A DNA stretch of 40,985 nt. It comes from Gloeobacterales cyanobacterium (lineage in GTDB: Bacteria > Cyanobacteriota > Cyanobacteriia > Gloeobacterales > PMM-0068). This document shows, in pieces, positions 21,024-28,533 of this stretch. Location: NCBI GenBank assembly GCA_038245785.1, contig JBBRSB010000038.1, positions 1 through 40,985 on the forward strand, in the 5' to 3' direction. Position 1 is the first letter of the stretch. The number at the start of each line of letters is the position of its first letter. The translations under genes and the position numbers were made by a program. The notes below the pieces were generated by a model. That model made no database searches. It was given only the letters and a program-made list of their open reading frames with translations, and was not told the origin of the DNA.

Positions 21024-21302
21024 ATGCAAATCTCCCTAACCCAAAACGCCGATAAATTGATTGAGCAGATGATGGCACTGGGTTACCCAGATCCAGCCTC
21101 CGTCGTTGAAGTTGCTCTAGAACGGATGGCACAGGTTGCCTTAGCGGAATCTGAAGCAGAGTCATCGGCAGTCGCAGAGTGGATGCGCCAAGAAGTTGCG
21201 ATTGGGGCAGACCAGCTAGAGCAGGGGGAATTCTCGACGCTTAGCCTGAACGAAATCAAGGCTGAGGTGCTCGCGGCGCATCAGCAGCACCCTCAAGCAT
21301 AG
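21024..21302 (+). CDS. ParD-like antitoxin
   Basis: MQISLT beta strand, G.Y...S.VV..AL, G.DQLEQG; directly upstream of ParE. Confidence 0.75.
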   Translation: MQISLTQNADKLIEQMMALGYPDPASVVEVALERMAQVALAESEAESSAVAEWMRQEVAIGADQLEQGEFSTLSLNEIKAEVLAAHQQHPQA

Positions 21303-21305
21303 ACC

Positions 21306-21614
21306 ATGACAGGCTACCGACTCTCTCAGCAAGCAGCACGAGACTATCGGGAGATTCTGGCATTCACGCTTAGCAAGTGGGGTGTGACTCAATTTGAGGC
21401 ATATGCGTCTCTGCTGGACGAGACCTTTGAGCGGTTGGTGAGACTGCCTCTGCTCGGCATTCGGCGGGACGATATCCGCCCCAATTTCTACCGTTACCGG
21501 GTAGGTCAGCATTATGTGTTCTACCGAGTGGGAAATGAGAGCCTAGAGATCGCTCGAATTTTGCACATCAAGCGCAAGGTAACAACTACTCTGCTCAACG
21601 ATTTGATGTTTTAG
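21306..21614 (+). CDS. ParE/RelE family toxin
   Basis: YRLSQQAARD..EI...T...WG..Q, G.RRDDI, HYVFYR, EIARILH. Confidence 0.88.
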   Translation: MTGYRLSQQAARDYREILAFTLSKWGVTQFEAYASLLDETFERLVRLPLLGIRRDDIRPNFYRYRVGQHYVFYRVGNESLEIARILHIKRKVTTTLLNDLMF

Positions 21615-21631
21615 AGCCGACGCTTCTCTTA

Positions 21632-21662
21632 TATCTGCATCTGCTGAACATGAACGTTATGT
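21632..21662 (+). mobile_element. Right half of an attC site (second copy at 28429-28459)
   Basis: TATCTGCATCTGCTGAACATGAAC-GTTATGT ends in a GTT core 3 bp from the vapC stop; no left arm found. Confidence 0.5.
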
Positions 21663-21665
21663 GTC

Positions 21666-22058
21666 CTAAAAGATCGAACGCAAACCGAGGTGCGTTATGA
21701 ACGGCTCAAAGTCCCGATCGCTATGAAGAAGCGTGAAACTATCCTCAATGCATCGCGTGGCGATCACCGTGTCTATCGTCTTTCGAACGGTCACACCCAG
21801 CGCTCGTAGCGCCCGGAAATTCTTAGCAGCCTGAATCGCAATACCTTGCCCACCAAGATCGACAACAATCAACAAGGTCAAAAGCTTTTTCGCTTGGTTG
21901 AACTCCTTGTCACTTGCGAAGCCCTGCAAAACTTCGGTCAGGATCAAGTCACCAATCGCAACGGGCTCACTACCGAGCAAGGAGTCAAGATGATCGGTCT
22001 GAGGCGTCTCGTTCCCTCGAAAGTAGTCTATCCACACGCTTGAATCGACAAGAATCAC
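21666..22058 (-). CDS. vapC: VapC PIN-domain toxin
   Basis: ILVDSSVWIDY, LTEVLQG, IDTVIA, LLHSDRDF. Confidence 0.92.
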   Translation of the reverse strand: MILVDSSVWIDYFRGNETPQTDHLDSLLGSEPVAIGDLILTEVLQGFASDKEFNQAKKLLTLLIVVDLGGQGIAIQAAKNFRALRALGVTVRKTIDTVIATRCIEDSFTLLHSDRDFEPFITHLGLRSIF

Positions 22059-22249
22059 TCGTCGGTCCTCATCGCCTCTAAGTCACCTTGCCAGTTCAGT
22101 TTGCCTCGGAAGTGCCGAATCTCTTCCTGCTGCTTGAGCCGCAGTAATGTCCGAAGGCCCAACTCCACTGCCTCGCGCTTGGTCTTCAAGCCAGTAGCCC
22201 GTAGCGTGTCTTTCATCAGCTTGTCGTCAATTACAATATTCGTTCGCAC
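22055..22249 (-). CDS. vapB: VapB antitoxin
   Basis: RTNIVIDDKL...TKREAVELGL; ATGA overlap with vapC. Confidence 0.9.
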   Translation of the reverse strand: MRTNIVIDDKLMKDTLRATGLKTKREAVELGLRTLLRLKQQEEIRHFRGKLNWQGDLEAMRTDE

Positions 22250-22319
22250 GGTGTGTACTTTTTCTAATATTCATACACATTCTAGCTTGCCAAAGCCTGT
22301 TCCACAAAACACTGAGGGA

Positions 22320-22586
22320 TCAAGCACCCATGCCTGAATATTCTTTGAGGCCCTTGCGCCATAGCCAGCGATTGAGACCAAAGAAGAGCAAGCACCAACC
22401 CAGCATCACAAGAATCCCCTGTCCGACATTGACTGGTAATCCTGACAATAGACTGGCAGGAAAATTAACTAAATATGGGAAGGGTGTCCAAAGCGCAAAC
22501 GCTCGAACTTCTGGAGGAAAAACTTCTAAAGGGGCTATCAAACCAGAAAGAAATAGATAGAATAAAAACCAAAATTCTTCCAAAGC
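22320..22586 (-). pseudogene. 3' fragment copy of the ABC-2 permease at 28534-29322
   Basis: About 90% nt identity by manual count to 28534-28800; no 5' part. Confidence 0.92.
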
Positions 22587-22625
22587 TGCGGGCCAGCTCA
22601 AGCGTTACGCTTAATGGTTAACAAG

Positions 22626-22702
22626 TCACATATCTAGTGGACTTCTTAACGGCTTGAGGTCGGACTTAATCGTGTGGGTGTAAATCATCGTGGTGCGCAC
22701 AT
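22626..22702 (-). pseudogene. intI: C-terminal remnant of integron integrase (tyrosine recombinase)
   Basis: Manual translation VRTTMIYTHTIKSDLKPLRSPLDM*: catalytic-Tyr motif TTMIYTH plus the IntI-type SPLD terminus; divergent from the attC array. Confidence 0.82.
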
Positions 22703-22726
22703 AATTGCTGGGAACCCGCTCATAAC

Positions 22727-23455
22727 TGCTGTCTATCCTTACAAAACGTATGTTATCCGCAGTCACCTAGAAATTTCAAGCTCTTCTGAAAAATACTTGC
22801 TCCACCAGTCTCTTTCAGCTACTGTTGAGTCAAACATCACCTATGAAAGCCCTATAGGCTGCTTCACAAGCCACTCTTAGGATTTTTCGATATCAACTCT
22901 ACTTTGTTAAAGTGCTGGGTGCCTGGGGAAGTCTTGTCAAAATTCAGCTGGAGCATTCTGGGTCAGTTCACGAAACGGGAAAGAATCTTATGCTCAGCCT
23001 CTCCAGCGAGCCTCTTATCCCCACGGCTGATGGAGCCTTCCCGTCTACCCTGATTGTCGAGCAAGATAAATAAGATTTTGATAAGGCCAAAAATCAATAA
23101 AAAGCTAACAAGCTTACCGAAAGATCCTTCAATTGACTTTCTATGTATATTCAGTATACTAACCCTCAGATACCTGCGCATTGAGCCAGATATCTGATGA
23201 TTCTTACCATTCTGGCATGTAGCAACTTAACTCCTTAAGGGGGGTCTTTGTTACGTTTCGGAAAGATAGACTTACTCTTTTCTGTCTTGTGATGGCTACG
23301 AGTATAATCGCTACGCCAACTTCAGTAAAAGTCGAGGGGGGATTCCAACAATGATCGACGAAGGAGGAAGTAGTTCAATCTTAACTACCAGTCTCCTAGC
23401 CCAACCAATCGACGGAAACCTACTTATGCCTGCCTGTGCTGTCTATCCTTACAAA
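22727..23455 (+). repeat. 19-bp perfect direct repeat TGCTGTCTATCCTTACAAA at 22727-22745 and 23437-23455
   Basis: Exact match seen in sequence. Confidence 0.85.
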
Positions 23456-23492
23456 TTGAGTGATATTTTCCCCGTGGAGATATCCAGAAACT

Positions 23493-23511
23493 GTCTAATC
23501 ACTGGTTAGCC
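23493..23511 (+). mobile_element. Putative attI simple site
   Basis: GTCTAAT-CACTG(5 bp)-GTTAGCC; no attC hairpin upstream; core complementary to GGCTAAC ending cassette 1. Confidence 0.65.
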
Positions 23512-23530
23512 CCCATTTGGAGACAGACCG

Positions 23531-23920
23531 ATGAATCTCGAAGAGTTCGTAGAAGCGTCGCTTACCCAAGTCATCAATGGCGTTCGGAAGGCTCAGATCG
23601 CAACGCGGCTTCCCGGCAAACATCCATCCGACGCAGATCTCATCAATCCGTCAGTCATCTACGGTGCTGACTCGGCTCCGAAAGGAAAGCATTTCGCCAC
23701 ACAAGGCAGAAACTTGGTCCACTTCGTCTTGTTCGACGTTGCGGTTACCACCGACTCGACTACAGAGGCAAAAGGTGGCGTTTCGATCAAGGTCGCAGGT
23801 GTTGGCTTTGATGCTGGCGGAGGTGGTGCGGCCAAGGACACTGTCGTCAGTCACATCAAGTTCGAAGTGCCAATTACTCTTCCTCAGTCCATGGACACCG
23901 ATCCGCCTACTGGGGGCTAA
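23531..23920 (+). CDS. Cassette 1: Trypco2-like protein
   Basis: LEEFVEASL..V..GV, FDVAVT, GGVSIKVAGVG, SHIKFEVP; stop lies inside the attC R'' box. Confidence 0.65.
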   Translation: MNLEEFVEASLTQVINGVRKAQIATRLPGKHPSDADLINPSVIYGADSAPKGKHFATQGRNLVHFVLFDVAVTTDSTTEAKGGVSIKVAGVGFDAGGGGAAKDTVVSHIKFEVPITLPQSMDTDPPTGG

Positions 23921-23970
23921 CCCTTCCATCGAGCGGACGGGCCAAAGGCCGCTCATGTCAAACGTTAGAC
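23915..23970 (+). mobile_element. attC 1 (56 bp)
   Basis: GGCTAAC-5bp-CAT(C)GAGCGG...CCGCTCATG-6bp-GTTAGAC with extrahelical base. Confidence 0.93.
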
Positions 23971-24088
23971 TGACTAAAGTTATCAGAACTTTTTTAGTAA
24001 ATAAATGTTAAAACCAAAAAAATAGCCTATTGAACCGAAATATTTTTCAATGACAGTATATCTTCAACCGTTATATTTTAGTAAAGCG

Positions 24089-24171
24089 ATCTAACAAATC
24101 ACTGTACCAGAACTTGAAGATCAAGCAATTTCTGATGAGATTGCAAGATTAGTTAAGCTTTTCCGTAAATA
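24089..24171 (+). mobile_element. Degenerate attC-like sequence
   Basis: ATCTAAC-AAATC-ACTGTACCAG...AGTTAAGCTTTTCC-GTAAATA; mutated core and poor stem. Confidence 0.4.
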
Positions 24172-24236
24172 CTAGGTGGCGAAGTGATTGCTTCAATAAG
24201 CATTTGGCAGTAAAGGTACTGGTGGAGAAATAAACA

Positions 24237-24701
24237 ATGACCCCTTGGCAGTGCATAATCATAATTTTTTTTGCTGGCGGTTTTGGTGGATTAGCTAATG
24301 CCTTTATGAGTGAAGAGGGGTTCATTTTGCCCAAAAGGCACAAGGAAATCTTGTGTCCGGGTTTTTTAGGAAACACCTTTATTGGTTCAATGGCAGCTAT
24401 TGTGTCCTGGGGACTCTATGGTTCTGGTAGTGGAGTAGAGTTAGCACGAAAGGTCGCAGACAATCCAAGAGCAGAAGTTAGTTTGACTATTGGAGCGATT
24501 GCTGGCGCAATTCTTGTAGGTATAGGAGGGGCAAAGTGGCTATCAAACGAAGTAGATAAGAAGTTCCTACAAAAAGCTGCAAGTGAAGCAGGAGAGAGAG
24601 AAATACCTCTTGAAGATTGCAAAAAAATGAGGAAAACCTCTCCAAGAAGAACTTTATCAATAGTAGAGAATTATCCAGTATCAGAAGATGCACATAGCTA
24701 G
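24237..24701 (+). CDS. Cassette 2: 3-TM Gly-rich membrane protein
   Basis: AGGFGGLANA, PGFLGN..IG..AA..SWGLYG, AILVGIGGAKWL helices. Confidence 0.75.
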   Translation: MTPWQCIIIIFFAGGFGGLANAFMSEEGFILPKRHKEILCPGFLGNTFIGSMAAIVSWGLYGSGSGVELARKVADNPRAEVSLTIGAIAGAILVGIGGAKWLSNEVDKKFLQKAASEAGEREIPLEDCKKMRKTSPRRTLSIVENYPVSEDAHS

Positions 24702-24745
24702 TACCAGCACTTTTAGTTTTCAAAGAGCAATCCTTGCTTTGAGCA

Positions 24746-24831
24746 GTCTAACAACTGCGTCCACCGGGCTGACCAATGATTCTTTGGCTCCGTTTGAGGC
24801 TATTTGCAGCCGGTGACGCTAGCCGTTAGAC
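24746..24831 (+). mobile_element. attC 2 (86 bp)
   Basis: GTCTAAC-5bp-CGT(C)CACCGG...CCGGTGACG-6bp-GTTAGAC. Confidence 0.92.
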
Positions 24832-24868
24832 ATTTGACATTTTAAGAGCATCGAATAGTTGGTTCAAT

Positions 24869-25699
24869 ATGAGTACATACGGCATGAGTACATACGGCGG
24901 GTATATTGAGCGGCTATCTAGGAAAGTTGGTGCTAGATTATTGGATATAGAAGCAGTTTTTAATTTTGATCTTGGGGGCGAATATGAAGTCGCAATGTGC
25001 CATCTCCTTGAAGATGTCCTACCAAGCAAATTCGGCATATGTCGAGGATTTGTTGTGTCAGAGAGTGGAGAACTGGCGGGTGACGACATAATCATATATG
25101 ACAAAATGTCATGCCCGACTTTACGAGCATCATCTGGTCTTCAGTATGCAGTGAAGGAGCAAATACCTATCGACGCTGTATACGCATATATTGAATGTAA
25201 GCACTCAATCGAAGATGAAAAAGTGTTCAATAAGGCAATGAATCAGGTTCGAGAAGTAAAGAAGTTGTTACTCAAACGAAGACCTTGGATAAATGAAGTG
25301 TATGAGGTAGATGGTCCGCGTTATAACGGCAAGGTTAAAGATTGGCCGCGTCAGCTTCCAAGGCTGAAAAATCAACCCTTCTGTGTCATTGTTGCTAGAA
25401 AATCCAATGGCAAAGTACCAGAATCCGTAACTAGAGATGCATATACGCCTGATCTGTTGATACTTAGTGAAGACTATGTAGCGACCCAATCAGTGCTCCT
25501 GGATTGTGACGGAATAAAGGGTGCACTTTTCTATGACGATTGTTATTGGGCTAGTCTTAGAGTTGATTCAGTGTGCGGAAATGCATTCGGCATTGGTTTG
25601 GTTTCCCTGATGCAAGCATTAAACTGGATTGAGTTAATGCCGATAGATTGGTCAAACTCTCTTAACGCTGCTTATGCTAATGCCATTTTCGGAAAGTAG
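24869..25699 (+). CDS. Cassette 3: NucC/DUF6602-like PD-(D/E)XK nuclease
   Basis: GGEYE..L..VLPSKFG...GFVV..G..DIIIYD...IPIDAVYAYIECK. Confidence 0.7.
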   Translation: MSTYGMSTYGGYIERLSRKVGARLLDIEAVFNFDLGGEYEVAMCHLLEDVLPSKFGICRGFVVSESGELAGDDIIIYDKMSCPTLRASSGLQYAVKEQIPIDAVYAYIECKHSIEDEKVFNKAMNQVREVKKLLLKRRPWINEVYEVDGPRYNGKVKDWPRQLPRLKNQPFCVIVARKSNGKVPESVTRDAYTPDLLILSEDYVATQSVLLDCDGIKGALFYDDCYWASLRVDSVCGNAFGIGLVSLMQALNWIELMPIDWSNSLNAAYANAIFGK

Positions 25700-25729
25700 A
25701 GAAAGGTGTTTGGGTATAACAGCGACAAT

Positions 25730-25816
25730 GTCTAACAATTCTATTGGAACGGGCTTTCGAGATTCATCGTATGATAGCAGAACATAGCTTCAAGCCGCTC
25801 AATAGAGTCGTTAGGG
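25730..25816 (+). mobile_element. attC 3 (87 bp)
   Basis: AATGTCTAAC complements GTTAGACATT (24825); CTATTGGAACGGGCTT pairs with AAGCCGCTCAATAG; ends GTTAGGG. Confidence 0.9.
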
Positions 25817-25823
25817 GTTTTCT

Positions 25824-26273
25824 ATGTCCGAGCAACTCGCGATTACCCTAATAGCGGCGACAGTGGGTTTCGTTGCGGCCGTTTTTTTCTGTATTGGCAA
25901 CGCACTGAATACGTCGAAGAGCATCATGCGCCAGTCGGTTCCTTACTGGGATTTCAGTGAACCAGTGGCTCGCTCATTGGCCGCCCAGCGAGCCCAGTAC
26001 GTGATTGGTGCCTTGCTGCTCGTGGTGGCGTTTCTCCTTCAGGTTGTCGCGGCGTTAGCCTCACCAACTAGCACTGCTTGTCTTCCGATGTTGCTCGTGA
26101 CCTGGCCTTGGCTCATCGCTGCGACGCTTGTGCCGACGTCCCTTGTATCCTTGTTCTTTGCTTGGCTGCTTTACCGATCGACAATGAACAAGGTTCGCCT
26201 CTTAGAGAAAGAAGATCGAGAAGAGGAAGAACTAAAGGCAAAAGGGCAAGCTAAGCATGAAGAACACTCCTAA
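25824..26273 (+). CDS. Cassette 4: 3-TM membrane protein with charged C-terminal tail
   Basis: ATG 8 bp after core; stop in R'' box; three hydrophobic helices. Confidence 0.78.
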   Translation: MSEQLAITLIAATVGFVAAVFFCIGNALNTSKSIMRQSVPYWDFSEPVARSLAAQRAQYVIGALLLVVAFLLQVVAALASPTSTACLPMLLVTWPWLIAATLVPTSLVSLFFAWLLYRSTMNKVRLLEKEDREEEELKAKGQAKHEEHS

Positions 26274-26339
26274 CAATCGCTTTCAGTTGACGCTTCAGTT
26301 GCGCACAAGGAGCGCAGCGACTGAAGCGAATCGTTAGGC
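26268..26339 (+). mobile_element. attC 4 (72 bp)
   Basis: TCCTAAC-5bp-CTT(T)CAGTTG...CGACTGAAG-6bp-GTTAGGC. Confidence 0.92.
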
Positions 26340-26367
26340 CTCACAACAGCCACCCACAGGGAGTCAC

Positions 26368-27285
26368 ATGCCGAAGCCGCCGAAGTCTGTCCGTTCGCTG
26401 TCTCTGTACGAGGCGACGATTCAACGTCTTGGATCGTTCCGCATAGTTCATCCCCTGCCGAGCGATGCTGATGCGCTCCGAGCCCTCGGCATGGACGCCT
26501 TCCCCATACCCATAGAGGGAGAGTCGATCATTCCATCACCAAACGGCCCGGTCTCAACGTTTAACGCTAACGGTCGAGAGATAGTGCAAAAAGACTTGCC
26601 GAAGACTTCGCAGTCACGCATGGTCTGGTCAACATGGAACGATTGGCACGGTAACTCGCACTCCGGAATGCAGATTCGGTCCCAACAGGTCTATCAAAAG
26701 GAACTAGTTCAACCGCCCGAAGAATACTTAACTGTCATGCGGGCGGAAGGCGGTCTTGTCCTCGCCTCAAGGTCAATGGATAGAGCGCACGACGAGGATG
26801 CGAAGATCATCCACGTCATCAATCTTTTCCTTGAACTGTTTGGGCAATTGGAGTTCACCTCAGTAGAGCTGAAGTCCGCACGCGCGCTGGTGGTAAAGCG
26901 TCTGAACTGGCGCGTTCTGCCTCCCGGCGAGTACCCGTTTGAGCGGGCCAAGAAGGAACTCAACCAGTTCCTGAGCCAAGTCGATGAGAAGGTCCGGCCT
27001 GTAGTTGAGTCTCGAATCAGGTCAGTAACCCAATACCGACCCGACTTCGTAGCAGTAGGTGTGGGTGGGTTCCGCGAGTATGTGGTTTTTGGCTTCCAGT
27101 CGAAGAATATCTATGTTCTCGAGAGTCCAACGCTGGGAAACGCTACATACGTCTTCAAGAACAACTGGGCAGACGTATCAGCCCTATCGAAGAAGGAAAT
27201 TCTTGATGGCGCTCTGCACGAAGCTAGGCTAATCCACAATCATCGCTGGACTGGAGCGCTTCGCCAGGCAGTTGACGGGAAGTAG
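26368..27285 (+). CDS. Cassette 5: 305-aa hypothetical protein
   Basis: GGGAG RBS, ORF fills the cassette; no family recognised. Confidence 0.8.
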   Translation: MPKPPKSVRSLSLYEATIQRLGSFRIVHPLPSDADALRALGMDAFPIPIEGESIIPSPNGPVSTFNANGREIVQKDLPKTSQSRMVWSTWNDWHGNSHSGMQIRSQQVYQKELVQPPEEYLTVMRAEGGLVLASRSMDRAHDEDAKIIHVINLFLELFGQLEFTSVELKSARALVVKRLNWRVLPPGEYPFERAKKELNQFLSQVDEKVRPVVESRIRSVTQYRPDFVAVGVGGFREYVVFGFQSKNIYVLESPTLGNATYVFKNNWADVSALSKKEILDGALHEARLIHNHRWTGALRQAVDGK

Positions 27286-27296
27286 GCGCCAGTGAG

Positions 27297-27357
27297 GCCT
27301 AACCCCTCGCTCAAGCGGAGCACCAACGGCTGGGCCCGCTTAGCTCGAACGTTATGC
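27297..27357 (+). mobile_element. attC 5 (61 bp)
   Basis: GTGAGGCCTAAC is the perfect complement of GTTAGGCCTCAC (26333); GCT(C)AAGCGG...CCGCTTAGC-6bp-GTTATGC. Confidence 0.94.
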
Positions 27358-27600
27358 GGCACGTAAAAATTGGATATTCCACACAGGATTTAAAAGTGGA
27401 GCTCCTAAATAGACTTGAGGAAGTAATCAATAGTGGTGAGACATCTTAGATAGCATATGGAATTATTGAGGATCGTGTAGGCTTGGCCAAAGACTGGAGG
27501 TTTGCCTAAAGATAAAAACGGTAAACCTCTTCAGATGTTGAGTTCCAAGCTCTAAGTCCTTTCAATAGGTTAAACTTGGGATGATCGATAATCGTCCCGC

Positions 27601-28072
27601 ATGAGTGAAGCTGTCTACATCGAAACCAGTATGGTTAGCTATTTGACTGCTAGACCTAGCAATAACTTGATTCTTATGGCGAACTTGGAGATCACACGGG
27701 AATGGTGGGATACTCGCCGAGATCGCTTTACTCTGTATATTTCTCAGGTGGTTTTAGATGAGGTTGCACGGGAGATGCGGAGGTAGCAACTAGAAGACTT
27801 GATATCCTGCGTGACTTGCCATTACTAGAAGTCAATGAACCTGTTCAAAATTTGGCGGCTCATTTTCTCACACAAAGTACCTTCCTTCTAAAGCTGCCGA
27901 TGATGCGCTTCATATCGCAGCAGCCACGGTTTATGGTTTAGAATATCTACTAACGTGGAACTGCAAGCACATCGCCAATGCTCAGATTCAAAAGAAACTT
28001 TCACAAATCAGTGTTGAAGAAGGATATGAACTACCGACGATCTGTACCCCCTATGAGCTAATGGGAGAATAA
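27601..28072 (+). pseudogene. Cassette 6: PIN-domain (VapC-like) toxin with two -1 frameshifts
   Basis: VYIETS..SYL...EVAR / DAEVATRRL...FLTQS / LPSKAADDALHIA...LLTWNCKHIAN...ICTPYEL in three successive frames (shifts near 27770 and 27878). Confidence 0.88.
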
Positions 28073-28074
28073 GC

Positions 28075-28266
28075 ATGTGGAAAGATGAAATACTCGAAGA
28101 ACTTTACAGAATTAGGGAAGAGCATGCTAAGTCTTTTAAATATGATTTACGAGCAATTTGCGATGACCTTCGGACAAAACAAGCTGCTAGTGGCAGACGA
28201 ATTATTTCAGTCCCACTAAAGTCACCTAGGCAGCCGCATAACAAATCTCTCAACCCGACCGTATAA
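28075..28266 (+). CDS. Small putative antitoxin partner of the PIN toxin
   Basis: MWKDEILEELYRIREEHAKSFKYDL; starts 2 bp after the PIN stop and reads into attC 6. Confidence 0.65.
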   Translation: MWKDEILEELYRIREEHAKSFKYDLRAICDDLRTKQAASGRRIISVPLKSPRQPHNKSLNPTV

Positions 28267-28322
28267 AAGCTATTTCTGAGAATCAGAGATACTCTGCGGC
28301 GGGTTAGCCCAATCCGTCATAG
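28236..28322 (+). mobile_element. attC 6 with disrupted R' core
   Basis: GCCGCATAAC complements GTTATGCGGC (27351); CT(C)AACCCG...CGGGTTAG stem; core reads GTCATAG at the junction with the parE copy. Confidence 0.85.
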
Positions 28323-28524
28323 ACCATGACAGGCTACCGACTCTCTCAGCAAGCAGCGCGAGACTATCGGGAGATTCTGGCGTTCACGCTTAGCAAGTGG
28401 GGTGTGGCCCAATTTGAGTCCAGGAAGTTATCTGCATCTGCTGAAAATGAACGTTATGTGTCCTAGAAGATCGAACGCAAACCGAGGTGCGTTATGAACG
28501 ACTCAAAGTCCCGATCGTTATGAA
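28318..28524. repeat. Deleted second copy of the parE-vapC region
   Basis: 28318-28418 matches 21298-21398 (4 mismatches); 28429-28524 matches 21632-21727. Confidence 0.93.
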
Positions 28525-28533
28525 ACTGGGGGA

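Larger units (their letters stand above)
23506..28317 (+). mobile_element. Integron gene cassette array (6 cassettes)
   Basis: Alternating ORF/attC units in one orientation; each R'' complements the GTT core that begins the same cassette. Confidence 0.93.

Noticed and set aside
22586..22610. CTGCGGGCCAGCTCAAGCGTTACGC as an attC right arm
   Set aside because: Resembles an L'-R' end at the duplication junction, but the core is non-consensus and there is no left arm; too weak to call
22674..22880. ORF MGVNHRGAHI... on the + strand
   Set aside because: Its start is the antisense shadow of the intI TTMIYTH motif, not a gene
23231..23280. GGGGTC... as a Tn3-like terminal inverted repeat
   Set aside because: No matching partner end or transposase found
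23505..28322. CRISPR array interpretation of the recurring palindromes
   Set aside because: The repeats are not identical, the spacers are gene-sized and no cas genes are present; the pattern fits attC cassettes
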